Of a stretch of DNA of 64,000 bases, positions 12,339-25,774 are shown in pieces. The stretch spans positions 1 to 64,000 of the forward strand of contig JAQGDQ010000890.1 in assembly GCA_030141605.1 (NCBI GenBank). The letters are read 5' to 3'. This DNA is from Tubiluchus corallicola. Taxonomy: Eukaryota > Animalia > Priapulida. How positions within the stretch are numbered: the stretch's first letter is position 1; every line of letters begins with the position of its first letter. Under the pieces are notes generated by a model, which saw only the letters and a list, made by a program, of their open reading frames with translations, did not search any database and was not told the origin of the DNA. The translations under genes were made by a program, and so were the position numbers.

Positions 12339-15300
12339 GGCAGTATGTTCGCATAAAGCAAAAAAATGTTACCTCGGCGTGAGGCCCCCCCGGAGGGTGA
12401 GGCCCTAGGCAGTTGCCTAGTTTGCCTATGCTTAAGGCCGGCCCTGTGTATAGGTTGTTATTATTAATTAAACAAATACAAACAAAATACTGGCGCTTTG
12501 TTGGAATAGATGGCTTTTATATACGCTAAATGACACTCAAAAACAATGTCAGATATTACACATATCTCACATGACAGCACATATGGCTGAGTTCACTACA
12601 GAAAAACAAAGTGTGGTAACATTATGTATTATTGCTAAAATTTTGATAGCTGATTAACGAAAAGTCAAATATTCATTGTGAAAATAAAATATTTGTTCTT
12701 AACAAACACGTGGCAAAATTGCCATCATTAAAGTGAATCGTTGCTAAATAGGGCGTCGCTAAGCAAAGATTTACTGTGTAAAATGCAAACGTTCAGAACG
12801 GAAACCACAAACTCACCTTTTTCTTGAAGCCAGATTCATTCCATTTATGGAGTAGAAATCTGCTGAGAATGAACCTACCAACTCCTAACAATAAAAAATT
12901 AAACACTTAAATTATAAAAAAATGTTATAATTTTTTATTAAACAATATCTGTAAAGTGCGTATTTCACTCGAAGTAAGAGACCAAGTTAGTATATAATCA
13001 TTTTATTTGTTACAAATAAAAGACATAAATTTCAGTCATTGGACTTTTAGTCCAATAGCAGGAATTACAAACACAAAAAGATTGTACACAGTAATACACA
13101 AACAAAAACATGTAATCTCACAAGCACTATATGAACAGAAGATGTATATTAGTCTGAAAGACTGGTGCAATATAGATTCAAAAGTACAGATTTAAAATAA
13201 AATAATTCAATACATTGTTATAAGCAGGGCCGGTTTATGACCTTTTGGGGCCCCTAAGCTAATCAAATTATGGGGGTCTCCTAAGAGAGAGCCATTCTTT
13301 AAACCATCCAACTTCAAACAGCGATCCTTTATTTCAGATAATTCGCAACAAACAGGGGCCACTTTTTTAAAATTGGGTTTTCAGACTTCTGGGTCTCCTT
13401 TTTTAAAGTTGAAATTTCATTTCAAGTTAAATAAATCATTCAGCCAGGCAAAATATTAAAATATTGTACGCACTGTTCAAAAAAATTATATTTGAAACTC
13501 TTTTAGCAGGGCCCCCTCGAGCTTTGAACTCCCAAGTATGAGGCACCCAAGGCTGCAGCCTATACTAGTCCATAGGATAATTTGCTCTGGTTGAAAGTTA
13601 ATTTCAGTAAGTTATAAGTTACTTAATAACTTGTTAGCAGACTTGCATTACAATTGTACTCCGTAATTTGTATGACAAACATTATATTCACTATGAAAAT
13701 GTCCACGAATATTTTGAAAGCTTCTAGAAAGAAGGTGTTTTACAGTGCCATGTCCCGCACAATGAAAGCAAACAATTCTGTTTTAGCTATTATTGTAAAC
13801 AGAGACCAGTACTTGCACTCTTTAATATTGAACAAGTGGAGTGGCAAGCTACTCATACATTAATTATAATTTAACTCTGTAATTTGTCCTGTTAAATAGA
13901 GTTATGTAGTATATAGTTCATATTTTAACTTTGTATTTGATGCTGTATTGAAGCAAATCTAAAATAAGGGTGTCTATCTATCTAGATAATCTCATTTCCA
14001 CATATTTGCAGTAGAAAGCCACGTAGGAGAATACAAGAGCTCTGCTAGATTAAAATCTCATTAATAACCTCACATTCTTTGCTTTAACAATTATACAGCC
14101 ATGTAGCAATTACCAGATGGTTGCTTATTTAACTTTTGGACAGTTGATTGATTCCGATAAGGAAAGTAACGGAATAGTCACGGCGTGACCTGAGCAACCC
14201 AAGTTAGCCAAAGTCAGACCTGGTTGGTGAATGGATAGGCAAATGAGGGAAAAACAACTTCTGTATAGTTTCAGCTGCATTTGCACACGAATGAGGCCAA
14301 ATAAACTCCACTGCCAGGCTCAGTTTATCATCTGAATATATTATTCTTGAGCTAGGTTCTGATACCGTCACAGTCACTTACATTCTCTACGTTCGAGTGA
14401 TGGCTCACGGCCTAGCTTAATAAAAAATTAAGCAAAAATTCATTAAATTTGAAAGCTAAAAGCTTTCGGAATATTTGCACTTATAATTCTGATACTAACA
14501 ATTTTCCTAATAAAAGTTTTACATCAATTTTCGCTACTTACAACTTTCAGAGTTGTTCTTACGACAAATTTCTGTTCATTTTCTTGATGACCAAGCCTTA
14601 CATGCTTACTTACTGCTTACGTGCTTACCTACTGCTTACCTGCTGCTTTATCCCTTCACTGCAAGTTATAACTTTGTTCTTAAACTGTAATCAGTATTGC
14701 TTTAATGTTAAATACAAGTAGTATTTCTTTGGTTTTTGTGATTTTTCATATAAAGTAAGTCCTCGCTTAGCGACGCTAATGCGTTGTAGCAAATGTGATG
14801 TTAAGAGAAACGTCGTTAAACAAAACCAAAACTTCCATAGAAAGTAATGTAAAAGAATTGAAATACGCTGAAGAGGCAAAAATCAATGCTGCTTAAATCA
14901 AATATAAATTAAATATTTTATGATTTTCTTTATGGGTTCTGTTAATTAATCTCTTTCTGCTTGCTTAAAAGGTGTTAAATGTTCAGCATCGTTAAAATGA
15001 AACGTCGTTAAATGAGGAGTCGTTAAGGGAGGATTTGCTGTATACAAAACATTTCTAGTCTTTCCATGTCATTCATCAACAAAACAACACAAATCATTTA
15101 AACTCTTCCTTGCATGAACTGTTCAACTTACAGTTCGGTTTTCCCGAAAGAACCAGCCAGATTGCGCTCGGTTGAATGTAATTGATTTGGTTGACATTTG
15201 CGCAGCTACGATATCGCTAGACATCAATATATCAACTTCTTCTTCTATTTCTGCTTCTGATTCCTATAAATTACAAGTGAATTGTAAAACTTGATCAGTT

Positions 15301-18300
15301 TTTAAAATATTTAATTCCTAAAAAAAGTTCATACCAAAATATGTTTTTGGACGTGCAAATGTATTTATGAGAACAGACAATTTGGCTACATACTATATAT
15401 AATATATACGTGCTCAGAACTAGCTAACCAGTACCACAATAATTTTGGAACGTTTGCATTAGCAAACAATCTCTATATAAGTCATGTGACTTTCTATAAT
15501 CTAAGTGTTAAGTTTATATCATTTTAATAGAGGATTCATTATTCACTATTAACTCCCAAATAAAATCTCCCAAATTAATAAAAATAAACTCTCGGTTTTT
15601 ACGGTTAATTTAAAGGCTGACTTTTACACATTCTAAATTCTCATTTTATTATAACCAGGAAAGAAAGCTAATTAAAGGTGCCTCATTTTTATTACTTTAA
15701 CTTTAACTAAATGATCCACATCGAAGAAACGTCATGAATATGATACTGAAAATGCAGAAAGAAAGTACACATAAATGTCAATGTTTGGCACGATGCCAAA
15801 AGTTACAAACAAGATCACTTGCTGTGTGTACCTAATGATAAATGTGGAGTTCAAAAGATTTATAAGTAAACTTGTATTTCCAAAGCAAACTGTACAATCA
15901 ATGACTAATTGATAGTTTACAGTACTCAATTCTTTTTGTTTGAAGATTATGCACTACAGTATATACTGTACAAGTAAAAATAAAGAAGAAAGATTATATA
16001 TTGCAAATGTTCACTGCAAATTGCAAACACTAATATGTACCAAACTAAAAAATATGCCAATAATTGCATTTAGTTAACTAAAAAAAATACTTTTTAGCTA
16101 TAATGTATTTGTGCACAAAAACTCACCTCATAACGGACTTTATGAAATGTACAAGCTTTATTGTCTAATAATGTAAGAGACTGGGATGGTTTAAGATCAC
16201 CATTAAATATAAAAGAAATATCTCCACGCTCCCATCGCATATCATTGAAATCTAACAATGTTGTGTCCATTCTGTAAACCAAAAAACATTTATAGTAAGT
16301 ATTAGCAAAACAGAACACTAATTAAAGTCAAATGAAACCCATTTTTATTCAACTATCTATAACTTTATATTAATTCAAGTATTAAATACCCTTAGTTTCG
16401 TTTTAATGCCAACAGACATTTGTAGATATGAGTAGCTAGCACTAATTTCAACAGAGTGCCACTATGCTTGTTAAATATACTGAATGTCACAAATGAAGAG
16501 AAAAACATATTTTGTCTTTACTTAAAACAATTTTTCTTTCATGACACAGTTTGGACTGAACTTGAGAAATTAAGATATCAGTTGTGTCATTGTCGTTTAC
16601 AAAAGCTGCTTTTGTCACTTAAATTACCTAGTACTACTTTTTGTCACAGCAAAGAGCAAGGGCACAGAAAGAGTAAAATGGGGATCATGATGATGAGGAG
16701 GAAAAAATATGGTGAAGGAGAAAGAAACGCGAGAGCAGGAAGTTTTAAAATGTGGCAAACCCACAAGGTACTGTACAACTACTAAGCTTAGTTCGTGTAG
16801 AAAGATTTTGATAGGCGTTCAATGATTTTAACTCATTTAAGTCAAAAGTAATCTTCTTTAAAAGTTTTGCACTCTGCATGTTTTTTGCATTTTAAACTGA
16901 TATGGGTTATTGAGAGAAAGTAAAGACCTAGCATCCTCGCTAATTATGTTCAGCACTGCATTCAGGCACCAAGGCAGTAAGTTAAGTAGTAGATGTTCCC
17001 TTTTTACAGATATCAGAAAATTCGGACAAAATGTGGTCCGTTGTTTCACGAGCTGACCCCTTTTTGGCGGGCCGTCACTTTGTTTATGTCACGTGCATCA
17101 GTGCAACCATGTGTATATCTCCATGTATAAGAATATAGAATCAATTATGTGGAGCTATTTGAGTCAATTGCCGACAGTTTTTATATACTTTTGCATAGGA
17201 GTAGCCCATACTAGATGTTTCTCAGACAATTAGGCGATTGATTCTACATTACTGTGAGTCTAAAATAGGGCGCCTACTGTATCGAGTAATCGACAAATTC
17301 GGACCGATATCTCCCCGCTTTTGTCCGGCAAACAGAGATATGTGTAAGTACTTATTTATTGTATTTATTAGAATTAGCAATATACTTTAAGAAAAAAATT
17401 TTACATTTGGCCTGAACTATATTTAAAACAATGAAACAGTTAAATAACAATAAATGAATATTTAATTTACCGAATAGAACAGCCTCGCTTATGTATTCGA
17501 CAGACATCTGACGGCAGAATACGAGATACCAAAGGAACTGAAAGAAAATCATAAGAAATTACTATTTTTCCATTCATTAGTTATTTGTTTATATTTATAT
17601 TATTTTATCCACATTTGAAATATTTATCCACATCTAACGCAGACCTACAGAAGTTAGCCAACCACAAATTATATGTTGCCCATCCTAGTCCTTTCAGAAG
17701 CAGTATTGCTAAATTACGAGTCAGATGAGTCCTGAGCTAAGTCATCAAACTAAAACAAATTACCAAAACTAATAATATTGCATCGTAATTAGATCTGCTA
17801 TTAATGCCAAATTTTAAGCTAAATCGTTAAGCTTAAACCTAAAACTAGCTTGACATCAAACTTAATATGTTTTTGGTTATAAAATGAACTTGCAGACCAC
17901 AGTGATAGACCATAAAAATATATTAGCCATCTGTATAAAGGAAGACATTTTACCATACTTCTCAGAATATTGAACATACTACAATTAGAATTTAAAGTTT
18001 TTGCACATAAACTAATTCTTCTTCTTATTTTTTATATCATTTCTGTGCATCAGATGCAGCTATGTGGCAGTCTTTAACACTGAATAATAAGCATTAAAAT
18101 GCACAATTAGCCTAGGTTACTTCTGCCTAAAACATTAGTGCAAATTTAGGTAAAGCCATAATAATTGGCATAAAACAACAAATTTCAAACTTTGTTGCCA
18201 CAGTCAAGTGTGAAGCACATGTTTGAAGTAATCGGTGTATTTGAACACTTTTTATGACGCCTTGTGCAATGTTTGCATATGGAGTTCAATAGTTCAACAA

Positions 18301-21300
18301 AGTTTACAGTTAGCTTAAGAGATCACAAACAGACAAGACAACATTGGCTTTGTGCTAAGTGCATCCAGGTGATAAAACAGCTTCTTAGTTGCATAGTTAA
18401 ATAACACATTAAAATAGAGTTTGGTTTAAATTTATTATATTATTACATTACGACAATACGACAACTGTTTAATTCAGTTTTCCAAACAGCTTCCGTAATA
18501 AATTTACAAAGTCAATTTCTTAGACTTGCATCGCATACTGCTACATTTTAAACAGTCTTGCACGACAAAATGTTAATTAATAAAACAAGAATGAGAATTT
18601 AACAAATGACATCCAGATATTTCTCAGTCTAACTATGCAGAAAACTACATAAAGAACAAAACCATGGTGCCACAATTGCATTTATTAAATTAAATTTTTA
18701 ACGCAGCCACATCTGCAGCTTTGATGAAGTGCAAATAAAAATTTTTACTCAAGAAACCTTTTCTAATCAAAGATCAGAATTTTTCAGCAATTTTGCTACA
18801 CAGTGGATGCCTTAAATTGTTGTCATGAACTAAGAGATGGTTACGAGACATGAGTGTATTGCAATTGCCGCAATTTTTTCATATAAGATGTATAAGCATA
18901 TAAGATGCACCCTTCACTTTGTAGGCAAAATTAAGAAAAAAGGTTTTAGACTTCATTTAGGCCTATGGTCATTTTTTTGCTTAGTGTAACGAAGGAGTTT
19001 TTAATAATACACGCATGTGACGATTTCAACCGATCAATTTGGATTTTGATTCATATATATTCACGTATTATCTTCTCAGTGGAGGTGAGCAAGCACCCTT
19101 TTAGCAATCAGGTTACCAAGCTTGTTTGCAGCTTGTAATCTAAATAATATTGCACAACTCTGGCATTTCTTGCCATACAACAGCTACTTAGTACCAACAA
19201 ATTTTCATGAGTTTTCAGCATTGTTGCTCAACCTTGTTGAATACATTTGCATTTGCCAAAATTGTCTGGTAAGTACAACATTAAACCTCATTTCAAAAAA
19301 TCCTTTTGTGCATGATAAAAATTCACGAATCAAATGCCTGTGTAACATATATGCCTATTATAAGTGTAGGAATAAAAGTTGTGATCTAAATTAGGCTCCT
19401 ATATTCAATGTGAAAGACATAGATTGCTTTTAACACGGTTTTTACTGAAAAAAAGTGCTTTACATGGTGAACCATACAGTAGAAAGTGAGCTTGAATCAT
19501 TAAGCAGTGTCTTTACAAAATTGGTTTTTTTGCACACTAAAACACTTTAAGCATGGTACCTAACATAAGTTAGTAAAATAACATGAAATTTACTATTTAA
19601 ATGAAACTAACCCCAGCTCTGAAAATCCCATTTGAGCTCCATGTAAAAATCACCTAGTTGTTTTAAGGCTTGCCTCAACCTCGGCCGACGATCTTCTAGA
19701 AGTTCACGTGATTGACTCTTTAATTTCCTCAGCAGCGCTGAAACTATTTTTAAAGTAAAATGATCAATAAATGCAAATTTTGTAACAAAACAAAAAAACA
19801 AACTACCAAAGTCTTTTCTCGTGATATTCACAAATGTTTCCTATATTTCACCCTTTTCCCAAAGAAAGGTCAAAATTTTGGACATTCCGACACTTTTTAG
19901 TGGTTATCAGTTACTTATCGTAGACTGGAATTTTTTGTTGTTGCTCAATTAGTTTTTCTTCTGTTGAAAGACGGTTGTCCCATTTAAAACCATTTCAGAG
20001 ATACAACAACTGATTGGTAACTGATATCTAAATATTGAACATTTAATGAAGGCAAATTGATCAATAAACAATGGACTACTGACCTATTGCATTTGGCAAC
20101 AAGGCTTTTTAAACTGCTGGAACATTGTGTGATTTGATGCCATTATTACTGGCATGTCTGACAGTTTTTACAAATTATTTATACTAATCATGGATCTATT
20201 GGTTGTTTCCACTCAACAATAACTCAGCTTTCCGTCGCCACAAAAGCACTAATTTTCAAATCACAATAGGGTTACAAAGTTTCATAATACATCTATCATT
20301 CTGTAAATGTAAAATTTGGGCAGCTTTTACCAAATACCTGATCCATTAAAACAATCAAAACCTGATAAGTGATAACAGAGCTATTCATAACTACAGTTTG
20401 AAAAATGGTCATTTTTAAGAAAATTTATTTTTAAAGAAATTTTTAACAAAGTAAGCCTACAACGTAATTCAAAGTTAAGACTTGCAAAAAGGCTGCAAAG
20501 TACACAAAAACACGTGTGATATGTTTAACTACGAAAAACTATAATATTATAATTTTTAATATAAATAAAATTATAACAAAAATATTTAAAAAAAATAAGA
20601 GCATTTATGGTATCTTTAAAGATCATTCATTTTAAGATGTTAAATGTATGGTCACCATAAATGAAGAACAATGGAAAATTCTTTAAAATAGTAAACACCA
20701 TTATTTACTGTATACAAAGCTCAAGAATAAACAAAAAGCAAAAATTAAAAAAAACACAAAATGGATATATTGAAGGTCATAGAACAAAGAGTTAGTAGTT
20801 CTGACACTGAAACTGATAGAAACTAAAAATTCTGATTAGTGTAAAAGTTTAGCTTCAAATACATATCCCAAAAGCTTTCTGTGCAAAGTTTTCTTGCTAA
20901 CTCAAAATATTTGTGCCACGTGGCAAAACGTCACTGTAACACCATCCCAGTACCACTAATTCATCGGAAAACACATTATTGATCTTACACAGCATAAAAA
21001 GTAAGTTAAACTTTTACTTAGTTAGTGAAGAGTGTGCTACGAACGCTTTATTTATTTTTTCAAACTTTATCTTTGTTTATTCCTCTTTCAAACAGTTCGA
21101 ACAGCCTGTGGAATAAATCACTAGGAAATAGCTGCAGGAAAAGAATATCGCATCCGCAGGCTGCTTAAACGGGTGCATTGAAAACAATATAAACAGATTT
21201 TATCTATTCTGCATCATCCAAAATGCATCTGCATCCGCAAGTTACATAAACGCCACTTAACATGGTACTAATAAGAACCATAACTGCTAACTCACTTGTC

Positions 21301-23349
21301 AGTCTGTCTCCATAACTGATTGCCTCTGCTAAAGGACTCCAACCTTGAGAGTTTTTTATTTTCACGGGAGCATTGTGAGCAAGCAATAAATACACACATT
21401 CTACAAATTCGAAACAAATAGTTTAACTGTATATAAAGGAATGTAGGCCAATTTTGTAGTGTTTCCATTACTGCTACCACTACATTTACCACGACTACTA
21501 CCATTACTACCACTACCCGGGTACCCTAGTAATTACCTACATTGTTTATTACCCGAGCCCAATTTTTTTACATACTTCCAACAATGAAAATGCTGACTCT
21601 ATTAAATTTTGTAACACAATAACCATTGTTCAAAAATTTAAACTTTAAACGCCACCTTCTGCTGTGCACTTCATCTGTGGGTACCTACTAGAAGACTATT
21701 AACTGCTGCTTTACAGGATAACAGCCAGTAGGGAGCTGCCAGGTCAAACCATCTTTGCCATAGGGGTGGCTTACAAAAAACAAACTATGATTCCTTTACT
21801 AAGGGGTTAATTATCCAAATGAAATTCTTTATTAATCTTTAAAAACCAATTTCAGGCCACTAACAAAGACACAAATAAACAGACCTATAAGTTTAAAAGC
21901 CCCCAAAAAGCATAGTATAGATTATTTTATTCACCTAATCCTACGCTGTATTAATAGTGCTCAGTGCAGTATTACCTAACTGACATAGCTCACTCATTGA
22001 AAAAGCATGCAATATAATAATTAAGAAGTCTGGCAGTTAAAAAATCAGTCAAATGCATTGTGGGGGGAAAATACTAACTTTTGTGACTTACAGCTCATGT
22101 GTTCAAGCTCTCAGGGTATAATAAATGAATGCTTGTTGTTAACATAACAGTGCAGTTAGTTAAAATGTACCAGTGGTTGTTTTTATTTGTGAACATCAAT
22201 CATTACAGTTTTTTCACTACCGCTGAATCATAACAAGGTTCCGGGTATCTGCCTGGGACTATGTCGAGCACATGTATTATCTGGATAAATTTTTTTATCT
22301 GGCCTTTGTACTTTTTGTCTAGCTACCTACAGAAATTTTATACATTAACCAACAAACAATATTTATACAGGCCTATAAAGCTGCTTCAATTCAAGTAAAC
22401 TAAAGTTTCAAATGCATTAGCAGTAGCCATTATTCAATAATATAAAACTTTAATTTTATACACACATTATCTGCAGTTTCATTCAATCATCTGCAGCTCA
22501 TAAGTATAGTAATGTGTGCATTTACATAATCTCTATATCATGACGTGGGCTCGTGAAACAATGTCATTACTTCATGGTGGGATGCACATGATTATCACGA
22601 CAAAATTTCATGTTGGCATTATCACATTTTTACAATGAGTTGTAGCAACAGCATGACACTGTGTCTGCACAGATTTTGCCTGATAACGGCTACACGGTCA
22701 CAATGCTTTTATAGTGCTAAAGTGATTTAAAGCTTACGATTCGAATCATAAGATTTGAAAACATACCCTTTTTCCCAAGCATGACAGCTAAATGTAAAGC
22801 TGTGTTTCCTATAAAAACAAACAAACATAAAATCCTTAAAAAATTTAATCCCAGCAAAAGCTACAACATAGAATTGATAAAATTTGGCAGAGAAAGTTTG
22901 CTTTGTAGTGCAGTCACAACAGTAAGATCTTTTCAATTAAATTCCATTTTATTTTTAATACACTTAATAGATTAACCACTATTTTTTGGTTAAATTTGAT
23001 TCTGGTAACTTTTATGAGCAAAGATGTCAGTAAAGAAATTATATTTTAATTTATCATAGTGGTTACAACTCAGCATAAAACGGGGGTAATAAGATATCAT
23101 AACTCGAATGACGATTACTGTGCCAATTTTAACTAGTAATAAAAAAGTAGTATTAAGTGACATAGAATGCAACATTTGGTTAAAATAAACAACGGAAACG
23201 AAATATGATAATTAGTTTAATAATATTTGCTGCAACTAACCATGAATATCTTGCAGTCCTATGTCGTTTACACGTAGCAGTGCTGAAAGACGTCGTACAT
23301 CTCCATTAAATATGCATTCATGGAGGGGATAATCACTGTTTGCCTCCAT
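6286..23349 (-). CDS. ANKRD13C: Ankyrin repeat domain-containing protein 13C (12 coding exons, ~438 aa)
   Basis: Exons 23241-23349, 22767-22808, 21296-21400, 19612-19743, 17471-17537, 16127-16271, 15132-15263, 12817-12884, 11467-11566, 10556-10737, 9075-9175, 6286-6419 join with GT-AG sites and consistent phases (1317 nt). The peptides [110 protein letters not shown] and EDMGRFHDL match the remembered ANKRD13C sequence along its length. Confidence 0.95.
6660..7311 (-). mobile_element. Helitron/Helentron-like non-autonomous element, copy A
   Basis: On the minus strand begins tagcaaaggccccgcaaaaatttttgcg and ends tatatataaat; clearly homologous to 35027-35416. Confidence 0.6.
7390..7877. mobile_element. 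hAT-type MITE
   Basis: TIR tagtgatgggcgatt / aatcacccttcatta; TSD cagatgat / cagacgat. Confidence 0.7.
8377..9011. mobile_element. MITE with ~37-bp TIRs, copy 1
   Basis: tgtgtgcttgcaaaccaaaactgtccgtaagtcggca ... tgccgactgatggacgattttgctacgcaagcacaca; homologous to 10779-11298. Confidence 0.75.
9075..9175 (-). CDS. ANKRD13C: ANKRD13C coding exon 11
   Basis: [33 protein letters not shown]; donor gtaag. Confidence 0.93.
10148..10545. mobile_element. Degenerate hAT-type MITE
   Basis: 8-bp TSD gaatacat (10140-10147, 10546-10553); tag...cta ends; many subterminal ttcga motifs. Confidence 0.6.
10556..10737 (-). CDS. ANKRD13C: ANKRD13C coding exon 10
   Basis: QPAKRQSLPPPPEHEISWNDYIIASPGSPPHLGRPLVYKESVKGFKATVAMSEEFPLSVE; donor gtatgt. 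Confidence 0.92.
10779..11298. mobile_element. MITE with ~37-bp TIRs, copy 2
   Basis: Same termini and internal sequence as 8377-9011, with indels. Confidence 0.75.
11467..11566 (-). CDS. ANKRD13C: ANKRD13C coding exon 9
   Basis: REHLSEEDLQKNKAVIECLSKGNTTTVIDSTIE; donor gtaagt. Confidence 0.9.
11936..12446. mobile_element. hAT-type MITE carrying an expanded (GA)n
   Basis: TIR cagggccggcctta / taaggccggccctg; perfect TSD tgtatagg; (GA)n at ~12046-12332. Confidence 0.9.
12817..12884 (-). CDS. ANKRD13C: ANKRD13C coding exon 8
   Basis: ELVGSFSADFYSINGMNLASRKR; donor gtgag. Confidence 0.88.
13225..13589. mobile_element. hAT-type MITE (degenerate)
   Basis: cagggccggtttatgaccttttggggccc...gcagcctatactag...ctctg; TSD gttataag / gttgaaag; relative at 31938-32247. 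Confidence 0.6.
14753..15042. mobile_element. Tc1/pogo (Tigger-like) MITE
   Basis: Inverted ends aagtaagtcctcgcttagcgac / gtcgttaagggaggatttgctg, flanked by TA. Confidence 0.55.
15132..15263 (-). CDS. ANKRD13C: ANKRD13C coding exon 7
   Basis: ESEAEIEEEVDILMSSDIVAAQMSTKSITFNRAQSGWFFRENRT; donor gtaagt. Confidence 0.92.
16127..16271 (-). CDS. ANKRD13C: ANKRD13C coding exon 6
   Basis: MDTTLLDFNDMRWERGDISFIFNGDLKPSQSLTLLDNKACTFHKVRYE; donor gtgag. Confidence 0.92.
17471..17537 (-). CDS. ANKRD13C: ANKRD13C coding exon 5
   Basis: [23 protein letters not shown]; ctttcag acceptor, gtaaat donor. Confidence 0.9.
19612..19743 (-). CDS. ANKRD13C: ANKRD13C coding exon 4
   Basis: [44 protein letters not shown]. 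Confidence 0.92.
21296..21400 (-). CDS. ANKRD13C: ANKRD13C coding exon 3
   Basis: [35 protein letters not shown]; donor gtgag. Confidence 0.92.
22767..22808 (-). CDS. ANKRD13C: ANKRD13C coding exon 2
   Basis: [14 protein letters not shown] ankyrin motif; tttttatag acceptor, gtatgt donor. Confidence 0.9.
23241..23349 (-). CDS. ANKRD13C: ANKRD13C coding exon 1
   Basis: caaaATG start; [36 protein letters not shown]; donor G|gttag. Confidence 0.9.
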
Positions 23350-25199
23350 TTTGCGTTTCCTGCTCAAAGCGTCATTGTGTTCATTTTAAGGCGATTTCAT
23401 TTTATTTTCTCCACGACTTGGCGGCGCAACAGTTCAGTTCAATAACTAAGAGCTGTAAAGCAGCAACCGCCTCTCTGTAATTTACACTGTGCAACTAATT
23501 GTGCTTAAACAGTAAAATTTCTCAAAGTTTTGGAAGAAAATATTTAAAAATATACACACCCGCTCATAAACACAAATGTATTGCCCACTATTATTATAAC
23601 GTTAATTATAAATAATTTATATTATAAGTTAAAAAAAGACAAGGCACCTCACTTTTGCTGAGACAAACAGATAACATGTGCCGCGGGCTGTTACATATCT
23701 CTGGCTTGCTGAATCATTACAAATCATAATTATCTCAGTGCTTGAATCAATGCAGTTGGTTATAAGATTCGGCCCCACTCTTGACCTCAGCGAACTTATC
23801 CTCTCGCCTGAGATGTGGTTGCCATCACTGAATAACCAATACAGCTGCATTGATGCGATAAAAAGTGTGGTTTTTGGTATAACTCAACAGCTATGATACA
23901 AAGACATTTTTCCAGTATCATTGTTGTGGAACCTTAAGCCTGAATGAAATTGTTGCTGACTGTAACAGATTCGTTACTATCTGCTGCATATTTTTTGCCA
24001 AGGTTTACCTATATTTGGCCCAAATTCATTTTATTACAGTTCAAACTTAGATAAAACCCTTATTTACTTAAATTTTTTAAGATTCTGTCAACTAGTCCAT
24101 GTTTGAGATTTTATAGTTGCATAAATTAGATACTTTGATCGTCTCTTGGTAGTGCTCGTTTTCAGAAAATTTCCCTGCTAGCTCTGTTAGCAGTATTGAT
24201 ATGAACAGCATAGATATTATGGCAGACATAATAGCAATCTAGCAAAAAGTGTTTGTCCTTTTAAGCGAGCCTGTCACATCAGACGAGAATAGCGCAAGTA
24301 AAAAGCTGAGATAAACAGAAACTGGGGAATGTTAGATCAACCAGATACACTCGTTATATGTACACAGACATCAAGCACGCAAATGATGTATCATAACTTA
24401 TTTCGGACAAAAGAAGTTTGTTTAAATCTATGATGTATCATTTTTTTAAATATTTTATTCCAAAAATTTTACACAAATTTTTCTTTACTGGATCGACATT
24501 AACAAAACACTAACAAAATTTTTATGACATCTTTAAAAAATTAATCATGCAGTTAAAGGTAATAAACTTTTATTATAATGAAAACTTTAACTGTAATTTC
24601 TTATCAATCTTCCCTTTTCAAATACTCCACATATAGGTGCTCATTATACACTACACACTACAATATTAATTACCAACTTTACTATTACGAAAAATGTATC
24701 ATTAATTTAATTAATTAACAATATTAACTAGCACTCAGTATTTTAATAACGTTCCCAACATTTCGAACAGCAACAACCACAGCAGCAGCAGCAGCAGCAA
24801 TAACAACAACAACAACAACAACAACACTGGGAGAGCAACTAACTGTAATATCTTATAAAACATAATTAAGCGATTATAAGATTAATTTTAATGAATCACG
24901 TACATACGTCTCATTTTTGCTACCTAACCACTACAGACGTAAATTAAGAATAATTTATTATTATGATGCTACCAAAACTGCCCGTATTCATCACAATAAT
25001 CACTTATCACCATTGTAATTCACACGCGTATTTAGCTGGACGATTTATTCCACTGATTGATAATGTGTTCTTGATCAAACGTTAGTGGGTTCAAATCCAA
25101 TGCTTGTTCCGAACATTAAAATGGGCCCTGCTGGTCTTTGCAAATCAAGTACAGCATCAAAAAATTATTATCCAAGCTCTGCTTATATTATATTGTATT

Positions 25200-25419
<220 letters not shown>

Positions 25420-25584
25420 ATATGCATTGTATAGGTACAGAAATATAATCATTTCATTTTGTTTTGCCCAATTTATCTCACGCTGTACTAAACAACATGG
25501 TCTGATTATCATATTATTACTAGTTGTAGCAGGATGAGAACCTAGTGGTTTATCAATAATTATAATCATTATAATTTTTCTAGA

Positions 25585-25774
25585 TTAACAGTGTGTCATC
25601 GCAATGTTGTCATGGCTTTCATCAGTATGACACTTTTTCGAATCCTCATTTGCTCCAAAACAACACGTGGGGTAAACTGAGGCACATTCACGCGAACTTT
25701 TAGCCTTTTTGTCCAGTGAACTTTTGTCGGGCATCGAGAAAATCAATTTGTCCCAAAATCTTGAATCTTCATAT
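25585..25774 (-). CDS. TLR coding exon 11 (TIR box 3 + tail)
   Basis: YEDSRFWDKLIFSMPDK...DNIAMTHC-stop; acceptor ttccgtag; phase matches. Confidence 0.88.

Noticed and set aside
11903-12408. Poly-SL and poly-RE ORFs (also 63456-63933)
   Set aside because: (GA)n microsatellites.
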